A stretch of 64,000 nucleotides of DNA from positions 42,782,001-42,846,000 of the forward strand of contig CM052817.1 of assembly GCA_028534125.1 (NCBI GenBank). The letters run 5' to 3'. Below are positions 24,380-38,159 of this stretch, piece after piece. The notes under the pieces were generated by a model. That model was not told where the DNA came from and searched no databases. It worked only from the letters and a program-made list of their open reading frames with translations. The first letter of the stretch is position 1. Each line of letters begins with the position of its first letter. This DNA comes from Lama glama (lineage: Eukaryota). The position numbers and the translations under genes are program-made.

Positions 24380-26530
24380 GAAAGAAACACACACATACAT
24401 TATGTTTTAATATGTAGGTGAGAAGTGCTCTAAAGAAAAATAAAGCAGAGTTAGGGGATAGAGAGTGATGTAGGGGAATTTGTGTTGTTTTTTAAAACTT
24501 GGTCAGGAAATGCCCCTTGACAAGTTGAAATGAGCTGAGATCTGACGAGGTGAGAGAGCAAGCCTTGCATATAACTGGGGGAAGTATTTCAGGCAGAAGT
24601 GGGATAGGAGTGCATAGCTGTCAAGCAGGAAAGGGCTCAGTGTGTGCAAGAACAGCAAGACCCCTCTGTGGGTGGGGGGAAGTAAGCTAGAGGGAGGCAG
24701 CTGGGGTGAGTCTTAGAGGGAGCAGGGGGCCAGATCAGACAGAGCCAGTGGTCCAGCTTAACAATTTGAAGTATTTTTCTGAGTGAGAGTGATACCAGTG
24801 GAGGGTTTTGAGCAGAAGACTGACTTATCTGATCTCAGCCTTAAAAGAAATCACTCTGTTGCAGTGTGGTGAACAGACCATAGGGAGCAAAAATTGAAAC
24901 AGGAATACCAGTTTGGAGGTTACAGAAGACATCCAGGAAAGAAATGCCAGTCAGCGGACTAGGGCCATACTAGCAGAAGTGGAGGAAACTGGTCAGACTT
25001 GAAATATAAATTGAAGGTAAAGCCAAGAGGGTTTGCTGATAAATTGGATTTAGGGTTTAAGAAAAGGAGAGGAGTGAAGATGACCCCAGAGATTTTAACC
25101 CAAGCAACTGAAAGGATGGGTTTACTATTTATTGAGATGTGGACGACTGGGGAAGGAAAAGGTTTGGGGAGAAAAGGAGCCTATTTTAGATATTTTAAGT
25201 TTGAAATGTCAATTAGATGTTCAAACAGAGAAGCTGAATAGGCAACTAGCCATGTGAATATGGAGTTTAGAATTCAGAGAGGCTCTCTCAATGATCGAGC
25301 GGATTAGGGATCTAGCAGTGAGAAGGAAGCTGGGGCTGGAGTCTCATCAGTCTAGAGATGGTAAGCAAAGCCACGGAGCTGGATGAGATCACTTAGAAAG
25401 TGGGTGTAGATTAGAAACAGTCCAACGACTGAGTCCTGAAGCAGCCTCACATTTAGAGAAAGGTGGGGACGGTCCATGAAAGAAAACTGAAATAAAGTGG
25501 CCAGTGAGACAAGAAAAACAAGAACGCTGCTCCACTAAACACAGAAAGTACTTCAAGGAGGAGGAGTAAATGGAAGTGCCAAATGCTGATGATAGATTAA
25601 GAAATACAAGAAACATGGTGAAACACTGAATTTGGCCATGTGAAGAGCTTGGCAAAGTCAGGTATTTTGGGGTGGTGTGGAGAAGCCTCATTAAAGGCTA
25701 AGACAGCAGGAAGAAGGTAAGCAGGAGAGAGTGAGAATAGATGAGTCTTTCAGGTTGTTTTGCTGTAAAAGCAGCAGAGAAATAAAATAGGACATGATGG
25801 AGAATGACAGGTTAAGGGAGATTTACTTTAACATGGGAGCTAGTACAGCTTGCTTGTATATGATGGGAATGATACAGATTTAAAGAAAAATTTTATGTCC
25901 CGAGAGGGGACGATTGCAGGAGAGACAGTCTCGAATGGAACAGGATCAACTGCAGTGTTTCTCAAACTATCTGGTGATGAAAAACCATGTTTTCCCCCCT
26001 CAATCTGTCAAAGACCCATGTTACTGTAAAATATAATACAAAAGAATTATGAGAATAATGAAATAAGAAAACACAATCACATTATATACAAGATCAGTTT
26101 TTAAATTGTAAGATTCAGTAGATGTAAAATCAACTCTGTCAAATTGTTACAAACGTTTTTATACATTTATTCTCCATTTCTGTAGTTGTATCATCACAAA
26201 CTGATAACAGTTATCAGTTGATGACCAGCAGCAGTCCATGGTTTGTACCTTAAATAGGGCTGAGCTAGTGCCCAAGACAATGGAGGTGTTGACTTAAATA
26301 AGAGAAGGGACAGTACATCCAAAGTGAAATGTTGGGAAGGCAGAGGATATGGGCTCCGATGAAGTTAGAAGAGCAGGCTTCTGGGAGGATAGGGAGGTTG
26401 TCTCCTGTTGGCTTCTGTTTTGTCCTTGGAAATAGAGTGAGAGTGAAGATAGGGTTTGGGGTGTTGGAGGATTGATGAGAGAGAAAAGTATTAAGAAGAA
26501 TGAGAGGATAACTTGACTAAAGAAATCTAG
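24380..26530 (-). mobile_element. L2 LINE (interrupted by a hAT element)
   Basis: Purine-rich L2 antisense: gggttttgagcagaagactgacttatctgatc, ttgaaggtaaagccaagagggtttgctgataaattggat, ttaagtttgaaatgtcaattagatgttcaa. Confidence 0.88.
25953..26262 (-). mobile_element. hAT-Charlie non-autonomous DNA transposon (Charlie4-like)
   Basis: Terminus cagtgtttctcaaactatctgg, internal tcaactctgtcaaattgttacaaac, degenerate other end taaatagggctg; flanks atcaactg/agctagtg (5/8 match, decayed 8-bp TSD). Confidence 0.75.
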
Positions 26531-27883
26531 TAGAAATCCTAAGTGGTACTACAGACTCAAATCTGCCCCAGCCCCAGCTTAGTATTTTTCAGTGCTTTGA
26601 CATGCTGATATCCTACCAACTCTCCAAGAGGGGTATATAACATGCAGTATTTTTCAATATATTCAACATGACTTATTTGCTATTATTAACATTTAGTATG
26701 ATTTATTTTTTTCAGAGCATTTTGTAGAATGTTGCACTAGATATCTTTATATACTTGGGTGCCTATGTCTGTTCAAGACCTAAGAACTCAGGACCTTAAG
26801 TGACTTAAAATGGCATAGAATACAGTTATAATACCTACACCTAGGTTCAACCCTTAGCCCCATATTTTCCCCAAAAGCCTATCTTCTTCAAAGTTGAATT
26901 TCTGAGTGATTATCTTTTCCACAGTTGATCCAGACACAAGATTTTAGCTCTAGGACAGAATATAGGCACATTTTCCCCCTTTCCTATCCCCATCTCTTCT
27001 ACATCAGTGATACAAATTAATGTAAAGGTCATGAGCTTTTCCACTCCATTGAGACTTGGATTCTATTATGTATATAGTTACTTGGAAAATATAATGAACA
27101 TAGTATAATACAGCTTTCTAAATATGTATACCGTTTCCTAATAAAATAGTAGAATCATAGAAAATGTTTCAGAGGTCATTTGGTCTCACACTCAGCCAAA
27201 ACAACACCTGAAGTATCCAAGGCAGATGGCTGCCTGGCCCAAGGGTGTTGAGCCAGATTGAAGGTAGAAGCCAAAATTTACCAGTGTCATCAACAAAGGC
27301 CTGCATTTTTTTTTTTTAAAAAAAGGAATAACTAGGCTATTTATTATGCCTTTGTTACAGGAATCTTTGTTAGATTTCTTTGTTAGAGAATCCTAAAATG
27401 TCTCAGTGTTATTTTATTTTAGCACTTTAAAAAGATATTTGTTTAAATCATATATCAATGTGCTTACTAAGGCAATTTTTAACTTCTCCTTTTCACCTTC
27501 ACTTCAAAGCCTGCTGATATAGTTCTAAAAAGTGGCATACAGCCCTAAGGCCAAAGAGGATCCAACTTTGGTGTATATAACACCATAGCAGCAATGTTTA
27601 GAAAAGACTTAATAAGAATAATTTAAAAAAGTGATTCCCTAGTTTTAAAGGGGCTCTCTTAAAACTCTGCATCTTTTGTTTTTTTACTTCCAATATTCTT
27701 AGCCAAGTAAAAGTGTTTTAGAAATGAAAAAATAAACTAAACTAAATTTCAGTGCGTGTAAGTAACTTCTCAAAATCAAAGAGATTAGTAAGTACATCAT
27801 CAGGATTTCAAATCAAGTTTTCTGCTTTGAGTTGAGGTTCCCTTTCCCTTTTGTTAGAGGTTATTTTCACACTTTCTGTGTTC

Positions 27884-27884
<1 letters not shown>

Positions 27885-27915
<31 letters not shown>
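27885..27915. repeat. (AC)15 microsatellite
   Basis: Read directly from the sequence. Confidence 0.98.
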
Positions 27916-27916
<1 letters not shown>

Positions 27917-30900
27917 CTCAGTAAACAACCTAACCCTACACCTAAAGGAACTAGAAAAAGAAGAATAAACAAAACCCAAAGTGAGTAGAAGGAAAAAAAT
28001 AATAAAGATCAGAGCAGAAATAAATGAAATAAAGACTTTAAAAAATAGAAAAGATCAATGAAACTAAGAGCTCATTCTTTGAAAAGATAAACAAAATTGA
28101 TAAAGTCTTAGCCAAGTTCATCAAGAAAAAAAAGGAGGGAAGGCTTAAATGAATAAAATCAGAAATGAAAGTGGAGAAGCTACAACTAACACTACAGAAA
28201 TGTGAAGGATCATCTGAGATTACTATGAACAATTACAGGGCGATAAAATGAACGATCTAAAAGAAACACATAAATTCTTAGAAATATACAATCTCCCAAG
28301 ACTGAATCCAAAAGAAATATAAAACATGAACAGACCAATTACCAGTAATGAAAATTGAATCAGTAAAAAACAAACAAACAAAACAAAACAAAATTCCCAC
28401 AGTAGTCCAGGGCCAGATGGCTTCACAGGTGAATTATAGCATACATTTAAAGAAGAGTCAACACCTATCCTTCTCAAACTATTCCAAAAAATTGAAGAGG
28501 AAAGAATGCTTCTCAAGGCCAGCATCACTCTGATACAAAAACCAGACAGAGATATTACAAAAAAAAAAAAAAAAAAAGAAAATCAGAGGCCAATATATCA
28601 CTGATGAATAGAGATGCAAAAATCCTCAACAAAATATTAGCAAACCAAATTCAATAATACATTAAAAGGATCATACCCCATGATGAAGTGGAGTTTAATC
28701 CCAGAGGTAAAAGGATCATTCCATATCCTCATAGCAATCAATGTGATATACCACATCAAAAATTGAAGAGTAAAAGTCATATGATTATATCAATAGACAC
28801 AGAAAAGACTTTTGACAAAATTCAATATCATTTATGACATAAAACACTCAATAAAGTGGATATAGAGAGAACATACTTCAACATAATAAAGGCCATATAT
28901 GACAAACCCACAGCCAACATCATGCTCAATGATGAAAAGCTGAAAGCATTTCCTCTAACACCAGAAACAGGACAAGGATAACCATTCTCACTAATTTTAT
29001 TCAATGGAAGTATTGGAAGTCTTAGCTACAGCAATGAGAAAAAGAAATAAAAGGAATCCAGATTGGAAAGGGAAGAGTTAAACTGTCACTATTTGCAGAT
29101 GGCAAGATACTATACACAGAAAATCCTCCAGACATCACCAAAAAATATTAGAGCTCACCAGTGAATTCTGTAAAGTTGCAGGATACAAAATCAGTATGCA
29201 AATATCTAATGCATTTCTGTACACTAACAATTAACTGTCAGAAACAGCACTTAAGAAAACAATCCTATTTATAATCACGTCAAAAGGAATAAAATACCTA
29301 GTAATAAATCTAACCAAGGAGGTGAAATATTGTACTATAAAACTATAAGACAATAAAGAAAGAAAATGAAGACAACACAAATGGAAAGAAATATCATGCT
29401 CACAGATTAGAAGAATTAATATTGTTAAAATGATCATACTACCCAAGGCAATCTACAGACTCAATGCAATTCATATCAAAATACCAAAGGCATATTTTAC
29501 AGAACTAAAACAAAGAATCCTAAAATGTGTATGCAAACACAAAGGACCCCAAATAGCCAAAATGGTATTGAGAAAGAAGAACAAAACTGTAGGTATCATG
29601 CTTCCTGATTTCAAACTATACTATAAAGCTACAGTCATCAAAACACTATAGTATTGGCACAAAAGCACATTGTTTAATGTAACAGAACAGAAAGCCCAGA
29701 AATAAACCCTTGCTATATGATCAGTTAATCTCCAACAAAGGAAGCAAGAATGCACAATGGGGAAAGGACAGCTTCTTCAATAAATGATGTTGGGAAAACA
29801 GGACAGCTACATGCAAAAGAATCAAACTGAACCACTCTCTCACAGGACAGCTACATGCAAAAGAATCAAACTGAACCACTTTCTCACACCATATACAAAA
29901 ATAAACTCAAAATGGATTAAAGACTTAGATATAAGTCCTGAAACCATAAAACTCCTAGAAGAAAATATAGGTAGTATGCTCTCTGACACCGGTCTTAACA
30001 ATATATTTTTGGATTTGTCTCCTCAGTCAAGGGAAATAAAAGCAAAAATAAACAAATGAGACTACATTAAACCAAAAAGATTTTGCACAGTAAAAGAAAC
30101 TATCAACAAAATGAAAGGCACCTACTGAATAGAAGATATTAGCAAGTGATATAACTAATAAGGGGTTAATATCCAAAATATACAAATAACTTATACAACT
30201 CAACATAAAAAAAAACCTGATTAAAAATGGGCGGAGGACCTGAGTAGGAATTTTTCCAAAGAAGATGTACAGATGGTCAAAAACCAACATGAAAAGATGT
30301 TCAACATCACTAATCATTAGGGAAATGCAAATAAAAACCACAATAAGCTATCACCTCACACCTGTCAGAATACCCATCATCAAAAAAATAACAAATAATA
30401 AGTGTTGGTGAAGATGTGGAGAATAGGAAACCCCGGTGCACTGTTGGTGGGATTGTAAATTGGTATAGCCACTATGGAAAATGATATGGAGGTTCCTCAA
30501 AAAACTAAAAATAGAACTGCCATATGATCTAGCAATTCCACTTCTGGGTATTTATCCAAAGAAAACAAAAACAACAACTCAGAAAGATATATGCACACCA
30601 ATATTCATTGAAGCATTACTTATAATAGCCAAGATACAGAAGCAACCTAAGTGTCCATCAATAGATGAATGGATAAAGAAGATGTGATATATATATATAC
30701 ACACACACATATATATACATATATCTTGTCATTTATGACAACATGGATGGATCTAGAAGGTATTATGCTAAGTGAATTAAGTCAAACAGAAAAAGACAAA
30801 TATCTCATGATCTCACTTATATGTGGAATCTAAAAAACAGGACAAATGAACAAAAACAAAACAAATGAATGAACACAACCAAATGGAATCAGAGCCATAG

Positions 30901-30940
30901 ATACAGAGAACGAGCAGGTGGTTGCCAGAGGGGTCATGGG
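27916..30940 (+). mobile_element. LINE-1 fragment: decayed ORF2 (RT and C-terminal domain) plus partial 3' UTR
   Basis: ORF-track peptides [34 protein letters not shown] and [24 protein letters not shown] are L1 ORF2p. The RT motif reads LFADGKILY (consensus LFADDMILY) near 29089. Many stops and frameshifts. Confidence 0.97.
29798..29885. repeat. 44-bp tandem duplication within L1 ORF2
   Basis: acaggacagctacatgcaaaagaatcaaactgaaccact(c/t)tctc twice, one mismatch. Confidence 0.95.
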
Positions 30941-31400
30941 GCTATAGGCTTGTATATTCGGCTTTAGCAAATAATTGACAAATAGCTTTCCGAAATGACT
31001 GAAATTTATCCTCCAGCAGTGTCTGAGGGTTCTGGTCTTTCTATATCTTCACCAACACCTTTTTATTCTAGCCAACACCTATTTATTTAGCCAAATGGTA
31101 TTGTATTGTGAATTTAATTTCCATTTCCTAATGGAAATCAATTTGAGCACCTTTTCATGTGTTCATTGGCCTGTGCATATCCTCAGTAAAGTGCTTGTCA
31201 AAGTCTTTTCTCATTTTGTAATGGGTTATCTGCCTTTTTTCCATTAATTTTGAAGATTTCTTTCCTTTGTTAGATACAGGTTTTGAGATTATTTCATCCC
31301 ATTCTGTGGCTTACGTTTTACTTCTCCTAAAGGTATATTTTGATGAATGGTAGTACATACTTTAATATAGTCTTTGGTGCACTTTTTTAAAAAGCTTCTC
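30941..31400 (-). mobile_element. Older L1M fragment, opposite orientation
   Basis: ctccagcagtgtctgagggttc...atttccctaatg...ttgagcaccttttcatgtgttcattggcc is L1 ORF2 antisense. Confidence 0.8.
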
Positions 31401-31519
31401 TTAAGATCTTTATGCTCTTTCTTTTATCTGATTTGCCTACCTCACAGAATAATTAAAATCATATGTGATAAGGGATATGGAAATGCTTTCTAAAGAGTTA
31501 AGCAGTTATCACTGGTTAT

Positions 31520-31760
31520 AATAATTTACAATGACTATGCTTAATGAGCTTCAGAGTCATATAGACCATATCTCACCTCTGCCATGTATTATCTGAGTGA
31601 ATTTAGGCAAGTGATTACTTCTCTGGTCCTCAGTTTCCTAATCAATGAAATAATGATAGTATCTAATTGATGGCATTATTGTAAAGATTAAATTGGGCAC
31701 TGCATGTAAAGGACTTTACATAGCAGCTGGCTAACGTAGGTTAAAGGTCAGTTATTATCT
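31520..31760 (+). mobile_element. MIR SINE
   Basis: ttaggcaagtgattacttctctggtcctcagtttcctaatcaatgaaa. Confidence 0.8.
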
Positions 31761-32139
31761 TCTTACAACTATGATAGAACTAGATGAACAAGAGAAGATG
31801 GAGCCCAGAAATCTTGACTCCCAGCAAGACTAAATTTCTTTAAGAAGAGAAAAAGATGAATTATTTTTGAGCTCAGAATAAATACTTTCATTTTGATTAT
31901 AGATACCAATCACTTCTTTATGTTATGGTTTTTCACTTTAATTAAAATAAAATTAGTAACCAAAACATAAATCTAAAAATTCTGGAAATGTTTATATTTA
32001 GATGTTATGAAATGGAGTTTTTATAAAATATAATCTTAAATTCAATCCCAACTTTGAGAAAACTACAGTTCAACCTAGTTGAATCTATCTTCTCTATGAA
32101 GTTGATTTATTCAAGCTGGTTCTTCTATTTTCTCTGATG

Positions 32140-32350
32140 AGTCACTAGAGTACTGGTTTTGAAGTAAGACGTATGTGGGTTTGATTTTCAGTTCCTCCAC
32201 TCACACCTTAATTTCTTTATCTTTAAAATGGGAATAACTCCTATTGCCCTGAGTTATCATTAAAGAATTTGAGATAAGATATATAAAGAACCTAATAGAG
32301 AAGTGTACAGTAAGTAGCAACTAATAGAGAAGTGTACAGTAAGTAGTAAG
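32140..32350 (+). mobile_element. MIR SINE with 29-bp terminal duplication
   Basis: ttaatttctttatctttaaaatgggaataa; ctaatagagaagtgtacagtaagtag repeated at 32292 and 32321. Confidence 0.7.
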
Positions 32351-32499
32351 TAGTAAGTGGACACCAAACCATGAATCTCTCAAATTTCAAAGCAGTTCTA
32401 AATACAGTATTCTTTTTACATTTACTCCTGGCCAACAATAATTATTCTGAAAAATATTTTATATTAAATCAACTGCCAAACATTATGATCTAGCAAAAG

Positions 32500-32725
32500 C
32501 ACCTGGTTGAATTTAGAGTTCTGAAGTCAGACTAGGTGGGTTATCTCAGCCCTGCCCTTTGTTAGCTGTGTAACCTTCCTTAATTTCTCTATGCCTCAGT
32601 TTCCTCATGTATAAAATGGTGATAATACCAACTTAAGAAACTGAATGAGTTAATGTTTGTAAAGCAATTAGTACAAGGCCTGTCATATAATAAGCTCTAT
32701 ATAAATGTTTAAACAATAAATAAAT
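32500..32725 (+). mobile_element. MIR SINE
   Basis: ttagctgtgtaaccttccttaatttctctatgcctcagtttcctcatgtataaaatgg. Confidence 0.88.
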
Positions 32726-33559
32726 AAGTGTATATGTCACTTGGAAACATATTTTCTTGATCGACCTGTTTCTTCTAAGAAAAAGGGCCAGGTCTTTTCA
32801 ATATTCCTCTCAAGTCCCATTGACCCTAAGACAATGTTATGTACCTCACTCATAAATTAATTAACAAATATTTATTTAACAAATATCTATTGAATACTTA
32901 ATGCATTTCGGGCCCTATGGTATCTCTCAAGGGAGCTAAGACATGTAGACAATATTTACGATATGGTAATTGCTATGCTCCACAAACTAGATTGATCCAT
33001 GGTGTCCCTTGCTCTATAGACCTTTTAATTTTAATTTTCACTCTTAGATGGTGCTAAGGATAACTTACAATGGAAATTTAACAACTATAAAAGAAAACCA
33101 ATATATTTTTTATTGACACTGAGGATGTAAAAGGAACTGAGGAAATAGTTGAAAGGTCTGAAAATGTTTTGTTCCTCTTTATGGATTATGACAAGCTACA
33201 GGAGACTCTTTTGTGATGGACAGAAGATAGATAAACAGAAATGCTTCCCTCTTGAAAGATGTCTGTACAATCTAAAACAATTAATCTTGCCGGAGTCAGT
33301 CAGCTCTAATGGAGCTGCCTGGCACGGGCCATTTATCAAAGCCCACCAATCCATCACACAGGCCCAGACACACCGCTTGACAGGTCTGCCACTCCTGCCA
33401 CATGCCTAGATGCCTGGGAATCTGTGTAAAGCAGAGCAAGCCCTGGGAAGTTATTTATGTTTGCCTTAAAAGAGGGACTCTAAAGCTATTCATATTCAAT
33501 GCTATTGATTCTAATGAAGATGTCAACAGAAAACTACCTCCTCTCCTGACACAAAGCTC

Positions 33560-35076
33560 ATCCATTTTGACAAATAAAAGTCTGACAATGTGTCCTCCTC
33601 TCAAACTCAAAAGCCTAGCCATGAAAAAAAACATTCTTGTCAGCGTACTTTCTATTATCTCTCATTTAAATAAATAAGTAAAACCCTTATTAGAGCTGAC
33701 ATCTCCTAAAGCTACTGTCCCTATTTTTAAAAGTATTTCTTCACTTCCCATTTTTTCTTGAATATTCTCCAGTCAGACTTTCATTACTCTGTTGAAATTG
33801 TTTATGTCAAGGTCACCAACTACATACTTCTTGCCATATCCAGTAACCAAATTTTAGTTCTTCCTCTCTCAACACTTTCTTCACTTCACTTCTAGGAAAC
33901 TAACTGGTTTTCCTCCTACTTCATTGACCATTTCTTCTAGATCTCCTTTGCTGGTTTCTCTTCTTTTTAACAGCTAGACATTGGTGTGCTCCAGAACTCA
34001 GTCTTCAGCCTCTTCACTTCTCTATACTTACTCCCTAGGTGATCTCATCCTGTCCGGTGGCTTTAAATACTATTAACATACAACAGATTCTACAATTTGG
34101 TAACTCCATCTTGAACCACTCCCAAACACCATACTTTTATACCTGTTGCCTATTTGATAACTCTGCTTGAATGTTTAAGAGGCATCCAAGCTTAATATAT
34201 CCAAACTAGAACTACTGATTTTCTCCCCAAATATAATTATCTCTTAGTCTGTCCTATCTTAGTAAATGTTATGTATCCTGCCACCCACGTCAAAAACCTT
34301 GCAGTCATGGTTGACTCTTCTTTTATCCTCACCACACTCCTTATGCAGTCGACCAGAAGTCCTATTTGCTTTAACTTCAAAATATATCCCAGGTCCAACT
34401 ACTTCTCACCACTTCTCCTGTGCTTCATCCCAGCTATCACCATCTCTCATTTTGACAACTTCAAGAGCCTCCTAACTGGCCTCCGTGCATTCTCTCTGGC
34501 CTTTCTTCAATATATTCTTCATTCATATGTACTTTAAAAAAGTATATGTCATGTCTTTCAACACATTTTAATGGTTCCCTATTGTACTTGAATTGACTCT
34601 AAATCCTTCACCATGACCTTGGAAGCCTTGTGTGCTCTGGCCCCTATTTCTTTAAGGTCATCTCATTCTACTTCTCTCACTCCTTTTTGGCTTCATTGGC
34701 CCTCTTCCTGATCCTCAAATGTTTTCTTGCCCTACAACATTGACTTTTCCTCAGACACACTTCCTTCATAGCCACAACATGAATCTCTTCTCTTCACGTT
34801 ATTTAGTTATCTAATCAAATTTCACTCTTTAGAGAGGCTTTTCTCAATCAATTTCCTTCCTTCCATCATTCTCTATGTCATTACTGTACCTTATTTTTTA
34901 TGTAGAATTTACCTACAATTTATATTACATTTCTGTATCTATTTGTTTATTATCTACCTCCTCAAACATATATTCCATGAAGACAAATATTCAATCTTTT
35001 TTGTTCCCCTTTATTTCCCTAGTTCTGAAGTGTCCCTGGTACATTTTAGGTACTCAGTGAATAGTATTTAATGAGT
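33560..35076 (+). mobile_element. L2 LINE
   Basis: tgtcaaggtcaccaac, ctccctaggtgatctcatcc, ggcatccaagcttaatatatccaaactagaact, 3' end tactcagtgaatagtatttaatgagt. Confidence 0.88.
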
Positions 35077-36224
35077 GTATCTTTAAAATTAAAGCACTGA
35101 GATAAGTAATCTATTAAGGTCCCTTCTTATTCTCAAATCCTCTGGTTTCAAGTCATTCAGTGTTGTCTCCTATAAGAACTACTATTGAGTTTCAATTTCC
35201 CATGAAGGAATGTTTGGGAGAATATGATAGACAAGATTGTGAGGAAACCATACCAGGGAAAACTGGAATGAAAAATTGAGGGGCAGTGAGGAGGTTATGA
35301 AAGTCCCTGAAATTCAGTGGTGACAAAAAACATCTGCAAAAAAATGGCTTCTAAGTGAACAATCAAAGGTTTATGATACAGACTTAGTAATGATCTTCCC
35401 TGTTATGGATGGCTTCCTAAGCCAGACAAACTACCACTCTCTCCTGGACCTATTAAGATGAACTATAGGAATACCTATGGATGGTTGCAATGATCAGTCC
35501 AAATCTCCCCAGCCCTGAACTTTTTCATGATCTGTTTTTCACTGCTTTCTAAGCCACACTCACCTCTGAACTCCTGGCTTTAGTACCAGACCCTAAAATT
35601 TTACATCTACAGCAGCACAGTTGATGTTTGGATGTTCTTATACCCCTGACTTCACTATGACTCCAGATCTCTGGAGCCCACGACCTTCTGGGGGGTCTTC
35701 TTGCCTTACCTCTGCCTCAAGAAACCAAAACTGGGCCCCAGTCACTCAGGCAACACTCACTGGACCAGCCCTGGTTGTCTTGAGAGAGGGTGATTCTGAC
35801 TGATTGGGAAAAAAGAATCAAATTTCTAGATCAAAAGGAATCTGAATTCTAAGTGAATCTCTTTAGCAAATTTATATACCAATGATTAGTGGATTTAGTC
35901 ACATTCAAGGTATTTTTGCATTCTTTAGACAAGTGTACTAATTTGTTAAACGAAAGATGCATGGTAAGTGCATAGCTCACTATTCGGCGTAAGCTGTGAT
36001 TATTAGTACATGATTGTAAATTGCTTCAGGGACAGAAGTAAGCAAGTTCAACTGAAGAATTTAATTACATTTTTCAAAGTGTGTTAAGTAAGTCTGTTTT
36101 AAAGACTTTTTTGCTACTTACTTTTCATAAATGGACTACTCTTTCTTTTTTCCTGAAGATATCCCTAAATTTTTCTTTTTATTTGTCCATTTAGCTGAAA
36201 TCCTAAATTGCATCTTATAATATA

Positions 36225-36863
36225 AAAGAACTTATTTACAAAATAGAAACAGAGTCATAAACATAGAAAACAAACTTATGGATACCAAAAGGAAGTGGGG
36301 GGAGGGATAAATTAGAAGTTTCAGATTAGCAGATACTCAAACAAACAAACAAAACAAACAAAGCATAAATACAAAACAGAAATAGACTCATAGATATAGA
36401 ATACAAACTTGTGGTTGCCAAGGGGGCAGGGGGTAGGAAGAGATAGACTGGGATTTCAAAATTGTAGAATAGATAAACAAGATTATACTGTATAGCACAG
36501 GGAAATATATACAAGATCTTATGGTAGCTCACAGAGAAAAAAATGTGACAATGAATATATATATGTTCATGTATAACTGAAAAATTGTGCTCTACACTGG
36601 AATTTGACACAATATTGTAAAATGATTATAAATCAATAAAAAATGTTTAAAAAATTAGCAGATACTAACTACTATATATAAAATAGATAAACAACAAGGT
36701 CCTAGTGTATAGCACAGGGAACTATATTCAATATCTTGTAACAACCTATAATGAAAAAGAAGGTGAAAATTAATATATATGTATAACTGAATCACAATGC
36801 TGTACACCAGAAACTAACACATTTTAGAACAACTAAACTTCAATTTTAAAAAATAATAAAAAA
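36225..36863 (+). mobile_element. Older L1 3' UTR (host), split by a nested L1
   Basis: gaacttatttacaaaatagaaacagagtc...gggagggataaattagaagtttcagattagcagatact, resuming aactactatatataaaatagataaacaacaaggtcc...cttcaattttaaaaaa. Confidence 0.9.
36338..36653 (+). mobile_element. Young camelid-type L1 3' end nested in the older L1
   Basis: Flanked by the perfect 13-bp TSD ATTAGCAGATACT (36325-36337 and 36654-36666); ends aatcaataaaaaatgtttaaaaa; closely similar to the 3' end at 49172-49489. Confidence 0.93.
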
Positions 36864-38159
36864 TCTTAATTGTATTTTAGAAGATTCTTTTAAATTAATG
36901 TTCAGAGCATTTCTATTTAAAAAAACTGCTTAAATTATCTCTTTTAAGAGCAACAACAGAATGTTTAAATGGAATACTTTTGTCTTGAAAACATATCATA
37001 GTGATAGGAACATTAACAATTATCAACAATTTCAGTGCACCAAATATTGTCTTACTAAGAAGCAGTTAATGGAGAAATACTAAGTGAAAGGGAAAATAAA
37101 CAAAGTGCTAAATAAAAAGTTAGGCAGTGTATCTGTCACTCATTCATGTATACTAATGTTTTATGGTTTAGTCATTGGAAGTAGCCTAACGAAGCAGGAC
37201 TGGTGGGATGTCAGTGAGCTTGTCTCCTAGAGAAGACAATAAGCATACAAGAAATGCAGTGCTGAACAAGGCAGATGAGTTATTTTCTCTCATGGAACTT
37301 ACAGTTTAGTGGTGAGGGGAAGGGAGGGGAACATGCAATTAAAAAAAAATAAAAGAACAAGATACTTTGAAAGATTCAATTATTTCCCAATTACCCGTCT
37401 TTCAAACATTATTGACGTAAGTGTGTATGTGAAAGGGAAGGGACAGGAACCATGTATTTTCTGTCTTAGTTTCCCCTGACAATTTTGCCAAGATCTTTTT
37501 AAGATAACTGGTAAAGGGCACACCATCTCCATGATTTCTTCATCTTCTTTGAAGCTGCTCTAGGCATGAATAACCATCAAGGCAGCCCTTTTCCAACTAA
37601 GTCCATGATATGAAGATCAGTGGAAAGATCCTGAGGTCTTCAGAACCTGAAAACATCTTTCATGGTGCGTTGTGCTCCTGGGCTTTCTCTCAACCACTCG
37701 TACAACAGCAAGAGTCCTGCATTAATCTCAGACCACTGTCCAGAGACTTCCAACTTGATCCAATCCCATAAAATGACTTTGGTAACTTAAAAAGCATTTA
37801 ACCCCTGAGGTTGATTCATGACTAGAGGAAATCCCATTTTTGAGTAGGTCTAGTAAGCAGTAGGATTCCTTAAACTAGCCAAAGACTAATTCTTTTCTAT
37901 AACTAGAAATGGCTAAAGGGAATTTTAATCTTCTCTCCTTCCTGAAAGCCATCTCACAGGTCAGTGGTAACCCATCCTGGTGGCTCCTATTGACATGAAT
38001 GCTTTAACTACCATGTAGCCAATAGGTCTACTGTATCCCTGACATATGGTTCATATTCAAGGTTAAGAATCAAATCCCAAAGTGGATAACATCCACTAAG
38101 ATATTTGGAATAAAATCTCCTAGGCATACAAAATTTCTTCCAAATCTCACAGGTAGGTG

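Noticed and set aside
1798..32350. Direct repeats as a CRISPR-like array or prokaryotic system
   Set aside because: All are two-copy tandem duplications without spacers; the sequence is clearly mammalian with no operon-like ORFs.
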